Shown: piece by piece, positions 51,130 to 63,522 of the stretch
How the letters are laid out: every line of letters starts with the position of its first letter
Position numbering within the stretch: the first letter of the stretch is position 1
NCBI GenBank assembly: GCA_030141605.1
Contig: JAQGDQ010000010.1
Coordinates: 310,001-374,000, forward strand
Source: Tubiluchus corallicola
Taxonomy: Eukaryota > Animalia > Priapulida
Reading direction: 5' to 3'
DNA: 64,000 bases
Position numbers and translations under genes: made by a program
Notes under the pieces: model-generated
What the model was told of the DNA's origin: nothing
The model's input: only the letters and a program-made list of their open reading frames with translations
Database searches by the model: none

Positions 51130-52310
51130 CCTCAGCATGCACATTACAGCCTCATTGGACACTATTTTTCGAAAGACTGGTTTTTAGGTTCACTCTCAAA
51201 GATTCCGCAATGCCACCAGGTTGTTCAGTGAATTTGTTTTGTTACAGCTTTTCATGTAATCTTCTTCTAGATTTTAAGGATTCTCCAAACAAAGCTATGT
51301 TCTTATGTAGTCATATCTCATATCGATGTTTCAACCAGTTAACATTGCAGAAGAAACCAGTGATTAGTTACAAACTCATAAAGGGATACCCCAAGGATCA
51401 GCTTTAGGTCCAGTAATATTTAACTTGTTTATCAGTGACGTTTATAGCGTCGTAACTAACAAATTCTAGTTTCAAACTATGTGGATGACAACACAATTTC
51501 ATCACTTGCTAAAAGCCAAAGTGACCTAAAGGAGCACTTGACCGATAATGCAGAAAGCAGCAATAGACAGTTTAAGCAGAATGGCACGGAGGCAAACCTT
51601 TCAAAATTTCAGGTCATTGTACTTAAAGGCTCTGTTGAACATACATACATGTTTCAACATTTATCGGGAACACAGAAAAAGTGTAAAATGTGTAAAACTT
51701 TTAGGAGTTAATATTGATGGCACTTAATCTTCCATGATCAGGCTCAGATAGTATGTATATGTAGGAAAGGAAGCTTACAGCTTAAAGTACTCTAGTGAAC
51801 ACCTTGTTATTTAGACCAGGAGTCAAGAATGAATGAATGCTTTTAGATATTTTATACTTAGTATTTTTGACTATTGCTCTCTTGTTTGGAATTTCTGTGG
51901 CATGCAGTATACAAATAAAATGAAGTATATTCGATACAAAGGAATTAGGTTTGTTTACAATGATTACATTTCTAGCTATGAATCTCTACTGGAATGGGCA
52001 AACATGTCTAGGTTGTCTGACACAAGAAAACAGCAATTATACATCTGGTTCTTAAGGTATAAATAAGATAGTGCTTCTTTTTATGTGTTTTTTTCAGTGA
52101 GAAAGTCTCCCTATGAGCTGACACCGCAAAATCTAGTTCAAATGAGTCATTGTACAATCACATGTTATGGACTAAATTCAGTGAAGCACGAGAGTGCTAA
52201 ACTTTGGCATGAGCTCACGAACTATAAGAGGCTATAGAGACCTAAAAACTTTCAAGTCTTACATAGATAATTGGTACCAACTTTGTGTAATTATAATGTG
52301 TGTAAATTTT
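51130..52310 (+). mobile_element. Decayed CR1/L2-group LINE RT fragment in PUS7 intron 1
   Basis: Frameshifted motifs GIPQGSALGPVIFNLFISD, NYVDDNTIS, NGTEANLSKFQ, KLLGVNID, FILSIFDYCSLVWNFCG. Confidence 0.85.
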
Positions 52311-52559
52311 AGTTAGAGTGAATAGGGTGCATGAGAGAGTGTAGTAGAGTGTATTATAGTGTGCAGTCACGTGCGAGAGCAATGTAGTATGTGCATAAGT
52401 CCATAAGTGTAAATGGTGATGTGTGTATTTTATGCTATATTACTTGTAAATAGATTTTGTTTAAATATTGTCTTTGAAAATAGCATGGTAGGATAACACA
52501 GTATTTTGCAAAAATGGATAATAAATGACAGTATTGTGATTGTGATCACTCATGTTTCT

Positions 52560-52700
52560 TGACTAAATTTAAGGCAGCTGTTTATAAATCCAGTTTTTCC
52601 CATACCTTTTGTCTGTGGAATTCTTCACTAGAGAATTGTTTCCCTATTTACTACAACTTCTTTTACTTCAACTCTTCAACAGTAATAGGCCAATAGCGCC
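52560..52700 (+). mobile_element. Short CR1-like LINE 3' end remnant
   Basis: Frameshifted translation resembling the CR1 terminal motif (SFFP..LWNS..CFP..YN). Confidence 0.45.
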
Positions 52701-52767
52701 AGTTGGTTGCTCGAATCAACAGCATTTGTGAATCTATTTTTCTATAACTGTAAGACCCTTCAGAGCA

Positions 52768-53165
52768 TTGACAGTAGCAAAATATTCAAACTCCAGATAC
52801 ATTATAGGACATTCATTCGAAATCAGAACACATAATTTCTTTGCAACTCATGTTGTAAATGCCTGGAACAAGCTTCCTAAATACGTAGTGAGTACTTCTT
52901 CAGTTTCTCAATTTAAACCTAGATTAAATCGGCTCTGGGCTAATCACCCGGAGAAATACATTGATCCTAGACTTCCCCAAAGGCAACAAGACGCATGGAT
53001 TTTTGAGGGAACACACTGATACTATCTTCCGGATCGTATCGCTAGCGGCAACACCTACTAGAAAACTTAAAATAAATAAAGCATCCAGAGAAGATCAGTG
53101 GGGTAAAAAGCGGTCATTTATGCTTAACCCCTACCAAAACTGTAACTGTAAGCTGTAAGTAAGTT
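52768..53165 (+). mobile_element. CR1 LINE 3' end with tandem-repeat tail
   Basis: GHS...NFFATHVVNAWNKLPKYVVSTSSVSQFKPRLNRLW is the typical CR1 ORF2 terminus; it ends in an ACTGTA-type short repeat tail (AACTGTAACTGTAAGCTGTAAG, ~53138-53160). Confidence 0.8.
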
Positions 53166-53388
53166 TGTTAGGGACGAACCAGTGTTAATATTATTAGAGC
53201 TAATACTAAATAGTAACACTGATAATGGGCATTACCACAGATATAACTAATATTTAGTAATAATTTTGTGCAGGCTGTTGGTTAGCATTAAGAATTATTA
53301 TAAATGCAGCAACTTCATAACATTCAGGTAGGCAGAGAAGAATTTAAGTTTATTTATTTGCACTTTGCGATAAAATAAATTAGAATAC

Positions 53389-53480
53389 CTGGGTAATTAA
53401 ATGAACACTAATTTTCACGAAACTATTAATTTTAAAGATACACAAAATGCACCAACTAATAATAACATCATTAACATGGG
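53389..53480 (-). other. PUS7: Probable non-coding first exon of PUS7
   Basis: Minus-strand donor CCCAG|gtattc at 53388; exon 2 acceptor ttttctaag| precedes 50615, with an in-frame stop upstream of ATG 50554. The TSS position is approximate. Confidence 0.5.
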
Positions 53481-53600
53481 AGCAGACATGATATCAGACG
53501 TCATGAGCCTTGGCCAATCAAAAATGGTCATTACAGACGCTAGGGGCGCTCGTTCCGGGCATCGCCCATCGATCAAAAGCATTAGTGCTGCCTTGTGTCG
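53480..53600. promoter_or_regulatory. Bidirectional promoter between PUS7 (-) and zinc-finger gene (+)
   Basis: Locally CpG-richer segment between divergent first exons with a CRE-like GACGTCA (53497-53503), GGCCAATCA CCAAT box (53512-53520), YY1-like AAAATGG (53521-53527) and ETS-like TTCCGG (53553-53558). Confidence 0.6.
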
Positions 53601-53692
53601 TTTCTCTTAATTGTATTTTCTGGCATTTTTACGCTTGTAAAATCTCGAAGAGCTGCTAGAACTTGAAATTCTATTTGCCTTAGAAAGTCAGC

Positions 53693-56600
53693 ATGGAAGG
53701 AGATAATAACCCTGAGCTTCTTGAAGCTTTTAAAGCGAAGGTAAGTTGAAACGAAGTTCTTGCTTTAAGGTAGCCATTTTGTCGATTTGTGTTCACTGGC
53801 CTTTGAGTTTTACTGTAGCTGGAATCGAAATCACATGGTTTGTCGAGTGCATCATGATGTCATAATAAACTATGAATCTCTTCAAAGCATTGTAAAAAAT
53901 CTAATATCACTCCGGAGGTTAATCATCGTTGAGTCTACTATTTTTGAATTTATGTTTACAAATTACAATCACAAATGTAATGGAATTTTACCAGTTCGCA
54001 GGATTGCTATTACCTATTTTTATGTAAGTATTTATCTTCGTTTGTGCATTACGGATTGTTAACTGTCCAAGTTGTTCCTTATGATATGCATGGCTTCATT
54101 ATGGTTCCTTACACAAAGGCTAGCAAAATTAAGGTCATAAAATTTAAGTTTCTCCCACACAAAGTAGGATTAAATGTACCCTTTTTAAAACAAATCGTTC
54201 TTTATAATTATCATAAATTACTTTGTCCAGAAACCTGGTTTGCGGTACATTTCGATGTAACCAACTACTAGTTTTGAATGACTTAATTAATTTACCCATT
54301 TTTTTGCTTAAATTTCTCCACAGGTTGCTGAAGCCATGGGACTGATGACGCAGCTGCAAAATAGCCCCAGAAAAGTTGAAGCCATGCAGGTGATGCAACA
54401 GTTGGCTGCTGGCCACTTTGCTACTACTGCTGCTGAACCAACAAAGGTGTTGCCTTCTAATGTAAAAGTTGCTGAAATTTCTTCTGCACTTTCTTCAGGT
54501 AATAAAAAGTACCACATTGAGGATGAGGTAACAGTGCAATTTACATGCCATTAAGCTTGGATCTGTGCATGGTGACTATTGATTGACTGGGCCAGTCCAA
54601 AGTACCGAAAACTCCAGGTACTTTGGGCAGTTAGATGGGGTGTGGTGTGATGTGTTTCAGGTTTTACAAATGTAAGGGAAAAATTGTTGAAATAACAAAT
54701 AAAATTGCATAACAAAACTAAAATACGACAATACCTTGAACAGAATTGGTAAAACTATACAGAGTGGTTGTGTGAAGCTGTCTCTAGCATCCTACATTCA
54801 GTGCCGATTTGTCTGCCTTCTTTTTTCATGTGAAAACTAGATACTGGATAATAACTCTCCTTCTGCACTTAGTGTTTGCTTGTAAGTATGTGAACTCCAC
54901 AAAATGGATGCATATCATTGATAGTTTGTGAGAGGATGACCTCTCAATCTCAGTGCAGTTGTCAATTGAGTCCGAAACTTTGATTTTTTTGTATAGTTGG
55001 AAATTTAAAAGCAGTTTGAAAGAAGACGGGATGATTTTTGGTATACTTCCCGATTTTTAAGTACAGTAAAAATGTATGCATTTTAACACCAGTAATACTG
55101 CCAAAGCATTTCTATAATTAGGTAATAGATTAAAATATTAATTAACGGCGGGAGAGCCCAACTAATTATTACATCGCAACTGCATTCCATGAGCATGTTG
55201 CACGTGTTTACAAAAGCAAAAATTGAAGCACAGCACTACTGTAAGAGATTCAGTGTGTTGTACTAAAACTCAGCAAGTTGTAAAGTAAAAATTCAAATTT
55301 CATATTTACCGCTGTGCTCACGTGTGAGCTGTAGAACGTGTGCAGTGCATCACAAATGAACACCTCTGAATTGAAAATTACAGCACCTGCTTTTGCGCAT
55401 CGCATTTCTGAAATGCATGCGCTAATACCCGTCTAACTAGCGGATGGCAAAATGTATGTAACAGCGAAGAACTGGTGGGATGACCGTGAAATTGCATTTG
55501 TGTGTGTTTCCGTTCAATATTTTAAAGAGTAGATTGTTTTGACCTACAGTTTAAGATTCTGTTTGGCTTTTCTTTTGGGGGACTGGAACTTTTCTCATTG
55601 TCAAAGATAATTCCCTGTCTTTGAGTGGAGGCCCTGTGCAGCTGCATGCGCTTTAGAAATGCTCAGATGTACGTACATTCTTCACCACTGGATAAGTGGT
55701 CGGAGGCAGTAGTGCAGATGAAACTGCCCCTTCCTCAGAAACAGTTTTCCACTTGTTACCCTTCTATGTTCTAACCACTCAGCTGGTACCCTTGTGCTGT
55801 AACCTTGACTGATGGGTGTGTGAGCATTTCTGCAATTTGTTTTAGAAGCTTGACTGTAAACCTGTCAATACAAAGTATTTTCACTGAAAATGATGCTCTG
55901 ACTTTCTCTAGAAACAAGTCTATAACCAAGTCTAATATCATCATTAAGTTGTTATAGTGTTTTTAGCTATACATATAGTAATTTATCTTTTTACTGTCAC
56001 TAATGATTAATATAAGCATATATGCAAAAGGTAATGTTACATTTGATTTGTACTAGCACCTGATGAAGCAGAACTTGGAAGTGTTGATGGGCAGGTTGAT
56101 AACAATGCAGACAACGTTCCTAAAGAATTCATTGTTGCCATTGTTGATTCCGATTCTGTACAACTTCAGGATGCAATTGAAGCGGAGTATAAAAATACTG
56201 AGGAAACTGCAGAGTTACTCGGTTTAACTGAGTTGCAATCTGACAAGGTATTAGAAAACTAAAATACTAATGGTATTAGTTAAGACAAGGGTTAGTAATG
56301 TGATATCCAGTAGCAGCTCATGTATAGCCACTGTGGGACTGCAGCACCCCTATTTTCACTCGTTATTATTGCTAATATTCAGTATGATGTCTTTTTTCTT
56401 TAATACTTTAACCTGAGCACATGGTGGAACTGTTCGCTTCTCAGCTCCAGCAAAGTGGTGTTTGGCTGATCCAGTCATGCGCACATGTCTGAGATAAGAC
56501 GCTGCATACTAAGTAGAGAGAGCACTGTGGCTCACGCAGTGTCGATAAATTAGAAAACTATTAATCTTTTCACGCAAAGTAAAACAAGAAGAATGGATTT

Positions 56601-59600
56601 TGTTTTTAAATGAATGGATCAATTTAAACTTAAATTAACTTAATAAATTAATTAATTAGATTAATTTAACTTGAACTGTAACAATTTAGGTTATTAGTAT
56701 GTAAAAAAATATTTTTTGTTTAGGATTTTATCAAATTTATGTAAAAATTTTCTTTTTGTGTGTTTATTTCGTTTTGCACAATTTTAAAACAATGGCTAAA
56801 AAATTTCTGAAGCAGCACCCACTAATTTTTGCTGGGAGATGCCACTGGTGTTATCTTTAGTTTAGTTTATAGTTTTATGCTATTCCTTGGAGATTTTTGA
56901 AAGGACATATTATTATTGTCATAAAACAAAAATAAATGCTATAAATACTAAAAATAGACAGTCACATACTCACATTCATACATTTCTCTTGCAGGTTTGT
57001 CTAAAATTGCAATTCAAATACTTATGTGAGTTAAAAAATTGTACATTATTTGTCATCCAATTAGAGTTTTTGTGTTGCACACAGTTAAGTCAAACAGCAA
57101 ACAATAACTGCAACATTGTATTTGTAGTTTTGGTATAGTTCTTTTTTATTTGTTCAAAGTTGCTAGACAATACACTCAAACTTTATAGTGAAATGATGCA
57201 AAATGAACCAGTTTTTGACAGCTCTGAAACACTACAAGTTTTTGTGGCTAACTTCACAATTTTTGTGAAATCATGATTGAGAGCTTTATGAAACAAAGGC
57301 TTGGGCAATATGAACAAAAATCCTGTGTTCTTTTGACATACTCTGACAAAAATCGTAGTTGATTAAAACGGTTACTAGTAATTTTGCATACAATTTTAGT
57401 TAGCAATTCCACCAGTTTTAACTTCAACTTCACAAGGATCTCAAGAGTTGAATACTGTTAGATAGTAGATATGTTTCACACTGGTTTTTATGACTTACGT
57501 TTTTCAGCTGATTTTGTATATTGAGTGAAATATTGTGAACGTTTTTAGAAATATGTTCTGGAAAACGCAATTTATAGCTGACCGGTTTTGAACAATACTA
57601 TTCATTATCAAGGTCTCTATAACAAAGAAATTTATTAATTAAAAGTTAGAAACAATGTCGAAGTACGATTCAGTAGTTAAAAGTCAAATGGTGTGTGGTA
57701 TAACAATTTACCTTGCAGACTACTTATCTTGATTAGTATGAAACTATTTACCACCCCTCTTGCACTTCGAAGTGTTTCTATATCTGATAAATTTCTTTGT
57801 TTTAGATGCCTTGATAATGGACATTATTGTTCAAGACTAGTCGGCAATAAATTCCATTTTCAAGAAGTTACATTTATTTGCCAAATATGGATAATTCTTT
57901 AGAAATGCTTTGAATTTCTGATGGTCACCGATTTTCCAATTTCATTAGACTATGTATGGAATTTCATTAAGTTTTCACATAACTCTTTTGTTGATCAGCA
58001 CGTGAAGAGATTGCATTTTTAAGACTGTTTTGTAAGCAGTGGCTGTAAGTAATGGCTAATTTTTGTGTGGATGCTCTAAGTTCATTAGGCAGATTAGAAA
58101 CCTCACAGAAAATCACCAGGAGTTCAAAAAAAGGTCAGATCAAATTTGCATTGGCAAACCATGATTTCAGTTTTTATTCACTAGGTGGCTGAACGTTCGA
58201 TGAAGGATACTTCTGTCGACACGGCTGATTTATCTCCTGATGCTCGTAAGGGGAGAGCTGTTGCAACAGGTTCAGGAAGAGGTAAGCTAATTGCCTGTTT
58301 AATGCTACTTTTTGACTAATATTGCTTCACTGGTTTTGTAAACTGAACTGTTAGGTACTTTCGGATGTGTTTGTGCTTGTATTTATATGTCTTAGTGCAT
58401 TGGTCTTGACAAATATTGTATTTTTGAAACTGCTGCGACCAAACCAGCTGACACCACAGTCTTGCAATATCCTGTAATTTAAATTTCCTGCAATTTTTTT
58501 CATCCTGTAAATTTAGAGAGCCCGTGCTTGGTCACGAAGTATTTAATTCAAAGTGCACATTTAAGTAAGCTAGCTTCAACACTATGTAAAATAAATACTG
58601 ATTGGCAAACGCCACCTTGGGTTGAATTTTCAATTTACTTTTGTAGATTCAAGGGTTCTGAATCTAAATCACACACGTTTGGATTTTTCCAGCTATATAA
58701 CGTGATTATCTCCTAGTAAGATAATCATTTCACGGTATTGACTATTAATTTAATGTAAAGATGTATCTTTTGCAGAAGATATAGGTGACTGTTTCACTCA
58801 TTTTATGATTATATTTGTTCATCTGCACATGTTGTTGTTTTGTATATTTATAGTAATGTATATTTTAATTTTGGGCCAAATGAAATTGGCAATTTCCACA
58901 AGGCAGGATTAATTCTTACCTTGCGTCCAGTCAAAACTTTCTGGCTGCATTTCTAGGTTTACTCGGCCTTGGCTGAGTACCTGGTCATGTACTGAATTAA
59001 GAGAGGTAACTGAGTGATGGGCTGGTGCTAGCCACTTGTTGGCCAAAGTTATGAATATCAATGACTCAACCATCTATCCCATTGCTAGACAAACCCGGCA
59101 TAGGCCATTATCTATCTAAAGCATGCTGGATTTGAAAGCCATTGTTTTTAAGCTGAGAGTATTCTATAAAAACTTCGAAATAATCCATTTTCAGACATGC
59201 TAATGGTAAAACCTTTTATAATTCAGAAAGTATGTGTTTGGATTTTGAAAATGTATTGCAAACTCACATAAGCATGCATACAGACAACTTTGAAAGTCAA
59301 TCAGGGTCTCACCTGTGTTAGTGGTATTTGTGTGCTTAATTAAGTGAAAGTTAACTTTGTGCTCTTTGTTGCTCCATGATATTTATATACGTGTAGTGTT
59401 GCAAAGAATACTGTTAGATTACAGTTGTTGCATCTGTTGCATAACAACAATAGTTAACCGATTAAACATGCTTGTGAAAAGCAGCAAGAGCTTCAAAAGG
59501 AAACCGATAAAAGGAAAAGTGATTAAGAGTTTGGCTTCCAAAAATTCTCGATCAATGAGGTTAACTGCAGCAGACGAGCGGGTGACATATTCAAACAAAA

Positions 59601-62600
59601 ACCCTTTGCTAGCATATTGGCATGTATCTGATAAACGTACCTGCTTACAAGCAAAGCGACACTTAATAAGATTCTTTTTGCGTAAATTATAATGCACAAA
59701 AGTGAAGTAAAGATGACATGAAAGTAGTAAAAGTTCTTCGACCACAAACAGGTGTGTTATCTTAAGTACCTGAAGTTAAATGTTAAGTCAATTATGTGGA
59801 GTGATTTGAGTCAAATGAGTTTTTATATATATTTGAATAGGAGCAGCTCGTGAGAGACGTTTTTGAGTCAGTTAAGTTACGATTTTATTAACTGTGTGAG
59901 TCTAGTAAATGCCGTTTTTCTTTGCAGCAAACAAAAAGGAACGCCCAAAAGGACGGGGGCGTGGGCGGATGACAAACGATAGGTCACCAGTGCAGGAGGT
60001 ACTGTCCTCAAAAATTCTTCGTACACCTACCCAAAATATTGTAATTACAGGTATGTGTTTCATTTATCTATGCTATTATTAAGTTGAACATGTCACTCGG
60101 CTTTTAATTATTACTGCACAGTAAATTCAGAAAGTTATCATTAAGAGATGTAGATAGTGCTTGCAAAATAAGAACAAAAACAAAATTATATGAATCTCTG
60201 TCTTTGGAGAAACAGACCCTTGTTCATCCGAACTCAGTTAACATGTTTATTTTATTTTTGAACGTGTACAGCAGCAAATGCTGTAAATATTTTTTAGTCT
60301 AAGAGGAAAATTGGTGCAGTTTGATTGTAGAAAAACGGCTCAGTGTTTAAAAATTATGCTTGCATAAGTATTTCAATAATTTTATTTCACGTATATATTT
60401 TGTATTTGTTAATATAAAGATCATTTGTATTTTGTTCTTGAACTGTGTAAGTTTGGTTGTATTTGAATTTTTGAAATACAAGGAATAACTAAGATTCATT
60501 CCCACATTAACTGACTCACTGGTAAACTGCTAAATGTATATATTTTTCTTCGCAAAGAATTAATAATCATTATAGCTTAGCATGTGGTCTTTGGGTGGTC
60601 GCTTTTTTTTTAATTGCCCATTAATAATTTCCAGAAATCAAAGATGAAGAACCTATTGTAGAAGAAATCACTTCTGAGTCGCCGGAAACGAGAAAAAGAA
60701 AAGTCAAACATGAAGATGTAGGAGACATAAAGAAAGAGAATGACACCTATTGTACGTCAGTCTGTTTTTTCTGTGTATGATTGTGCCTGCTGTTTGGAAT
60801 TTTATCCCATACGACCGCTTATGCTATACACCTTTATTTAACATTTGTTCGTTTATGTTTAGCCCAAACAATACAATCGTGTTAGAGAATTAGTACACTA
60901 CTCTTATTATAGCACACTCGCACGACATACAAAATAGACACAACAGTTCCAAAGGATGTTCTTTTTTCCAGAATATATTCTTTTAACAATGCACTGATAA
61001 TTTCTAAATTGTTTTCATTAATCGAAACAAAGAATTTAGTCTCTGTTTTGATTAACTGTGTTTAACTAAATTCTTAGAATAATGAAATTAATGAGTTGTG
61101 GAACTTGGCTGCAAATATGCCATGAGAATAGCTTGAGTGTGTTTGATTATCTAATAGATATTAAACAGTATTAAGTTTTGCTTAGTAGCTCTTTTTCAGA
61201 GCAACAGTTGTTTTTTGTGTAGTATGTTTCATAAATCTTGATTTTCCTTCCTGCCTTCTTGGTGCTTTGAAAGTACGGCCATTGTAGTTTCATTGTATGA
61301 TGTTAAATGAATTTTTAATTACTTTTTATCATTTACCGTCTTAAATGCTCGTTACTTTGAAATCTCAAGTTTCTATCCAAAAAATGTTTCAAAAAATTAA
61401 TAATTTACTTCAAGTAATAAGCAGATAATCTTGAAACCTCAGCGATGTCATTACTTTTATTTATTACATATTTGCCTAAATTGCCAAATAAATTCTAAAG
61501 AACATTAATGTAGCTGGCTAGGTAGGCTGGCTTGCTGTGTGACAAATACTACTTTATTGTGTATTGTGTCATTGCTACATTGCTGGCCACAAACTTAATT
61601 CTCAAACCCAAATTCTGGTTTGTTTAACTTTAATTAAAGCTTTCATTGATAGTTTTTTTGTTAACATATGTCACTAAATGTTTACGTGTTTATATTGTTG
61701 AAGTGTTTGAAAAATAAAATTGTTTTAACAATTTTGCTACTTGCCAAAAAGTTTATTAACCATTAGAAATGAATTTTCAATTTTTATTTTTGTATTTTAC
61801 GCAGTGACTCCAGATGAGGAAGGGAATGAAACTATAGCGAACACTGATGCTAATGACCCGGAATACAAACCAGTCCAGCGGCTACTGGAACGGCCTAAGA
61901 GAGAGTCGAATAAAGGGAGATCTAGAGGAGGAAGAGGTGGATGGAGACGAGAGATCGTGGAGCGTAGTTTCCCGTGTGCTGACTGCGGCAAAGTGTTATG
62001 TAGTATGGCTTCCCTTGCAGGTATAGAAACTTATAAATGGCTGCATTGAATTTTTTCATAATTAGCTTTCACATGGAACTAAAAGCGCGGATGTTTTGTA
62101 AGTTGTTGCATTTAAGGATCAAATAAAATTACAAAAATCTGTAGTACAAGCTCATTTTTGGCACTTTGTGAAAATGGCAAAAATCAGTCTTCAAAAAATT
62201 AAAGGAAAGGACAAGCCACTTAGCATGTTGGGTGTATTTTGCTGTTTTCACTTAAACTTGGGAAAATATAACAAAGCTATTTGCAAAAACATGTCTAAAA
62301 AGCATAAAGTTAATAGAAATGTTAAGGCGCGGTGGTAGCCGTCATTCACTTGAAAATTATCACGTAACTAGTGGACTTCGCGACTTTTCGTAAGCACGCT
62401 GCTTATTCTGCTTAAACTTTATGCTAAAATATTACAAAATTACCTGTCTAATTTTTTTAAGAAAGCTTATTATACTTTTGACGAAAATTTACAGTGCGCT
62501 GCTTTTTCCTCAGTCAACGAATGACGTCATACGTGGAAAAATGGCCATTCAAAAAGGTATCACCAAAGCATGAAATGATCAGGACTTTAAAGTGATTTTA

Positions 62601-63522
62601 CTAATTACACGAGCTGCCTATCACTCTTTTATTACTAAAACCTTCTAACACTTTTCGTGAACATTGAAATGAGCCTAACTTTCCAGGAAGGTTTAGCTTT
62701 TTCTTTAAGGTGCAAACTGAATCCCGGACATAGTGAGTTGTCATGATACAAAAATTTCATATCACAATAACTAGAATTATCATGGTAAATCAATCATAAA
62801 TGTACAAAAAAGTGAATAGATAAGTCCTCCACGACTTAGAATTCACAGTTCTTGGCTCATAAATAAAATACATTCTGTGATTTATATGTATGCTGCTTAT
62901 AGTTGTACGCTGCTCTTCACAAAAGCAATTAAAGATGATTATGACACCAATGCATGCCTGTCAACTCAGATACTATATTGCCTCACTCATCTGTAATATC
63001 ATTGGGCTGTTTGTCATTCTTACAAGTTAATTGATGTACAGTGCATTTTCCTTCACAGCTTACAGGGTCCAATTATAGACATTAATAACTGTATGTCATC
63101 AGATTTCAAAATTATCAGTTGGATTTAGAATGAACCTTCGGGTGGACTGTGTTTGAATGTGGCTTTTTTCGACTGAGTTTGTTACCAAGGATTAAAAATT
63201 GTGTGCTTGTTCTACAGTTAACATTTATTGATAGTTTATAAAAGTTTAGTCATACACAATTTTTGTAATACACTTGCAGGTGGCTCTTACAATGAAGCAA
63301 ATTTTAGCATCATAAATTTTTCGGATGTATAGTTAGTCTCTGATAAAGTGTCTTATAGTAATAACAATAATAATAATAATAATAATATTTAAGGTTGTGC
63401 TGCTTCTCTTGCTTCCAGAATAGTTAAAAGCTTTTTTCTTGTAATTATAGCTCACCAAAGAGTGCATACGGGTGAAAAACCTTTTTTGTGCATAACATGT
63501 AATGCACAGTTCTCCACAAAAG
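53693..63522 (+). CDS. C2H2 zinc-finger protein (5' part; continues beyond window)
   Basis: Exons 53693-53740, 54324-54498, 56057-56247, 58185-58281, 59928-60050, 60635-60751, 61805-62020, 63451-63522; GT-AG, phases consistent (0,1,0,1,1,1,1,1). Encodes an acidic N-terminus, RG-rich segments, then FPCADCGKVLCSMASLA|AHQRVHTGEKPFLCITCNAQFSTKG with the canonical HTGEKP linker. Confidence 0.88.
56308..56847. mobile_element. hAT-type MITE in zinc-finger gene intron
   Basis: TIRs CAGTAGCAGCTC / GAGATGCCACTG, subterminal GCAGCACCC at both ends, 8-bp TSD GTGATATC / GTGTTATC. Confidence 0.78.
57550..57875. mobile_element. Foldback/long-TIR MITE in zinc-finger gene intron
   Basis: Long imperfect palindrome, e.g. 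TTGAACAATACTATTCATTATCAAGG...CCTTGATAATGGACATTATTGTTCAA, with arms of roughly 130 bp. Confidence 0.7.

Noticed and set aside
55440-55880. Possible pogo-like transposase remnant on minus strand
   Set aside because: Only vague similarity (HKCNFTV) with no paired TIRs identified.
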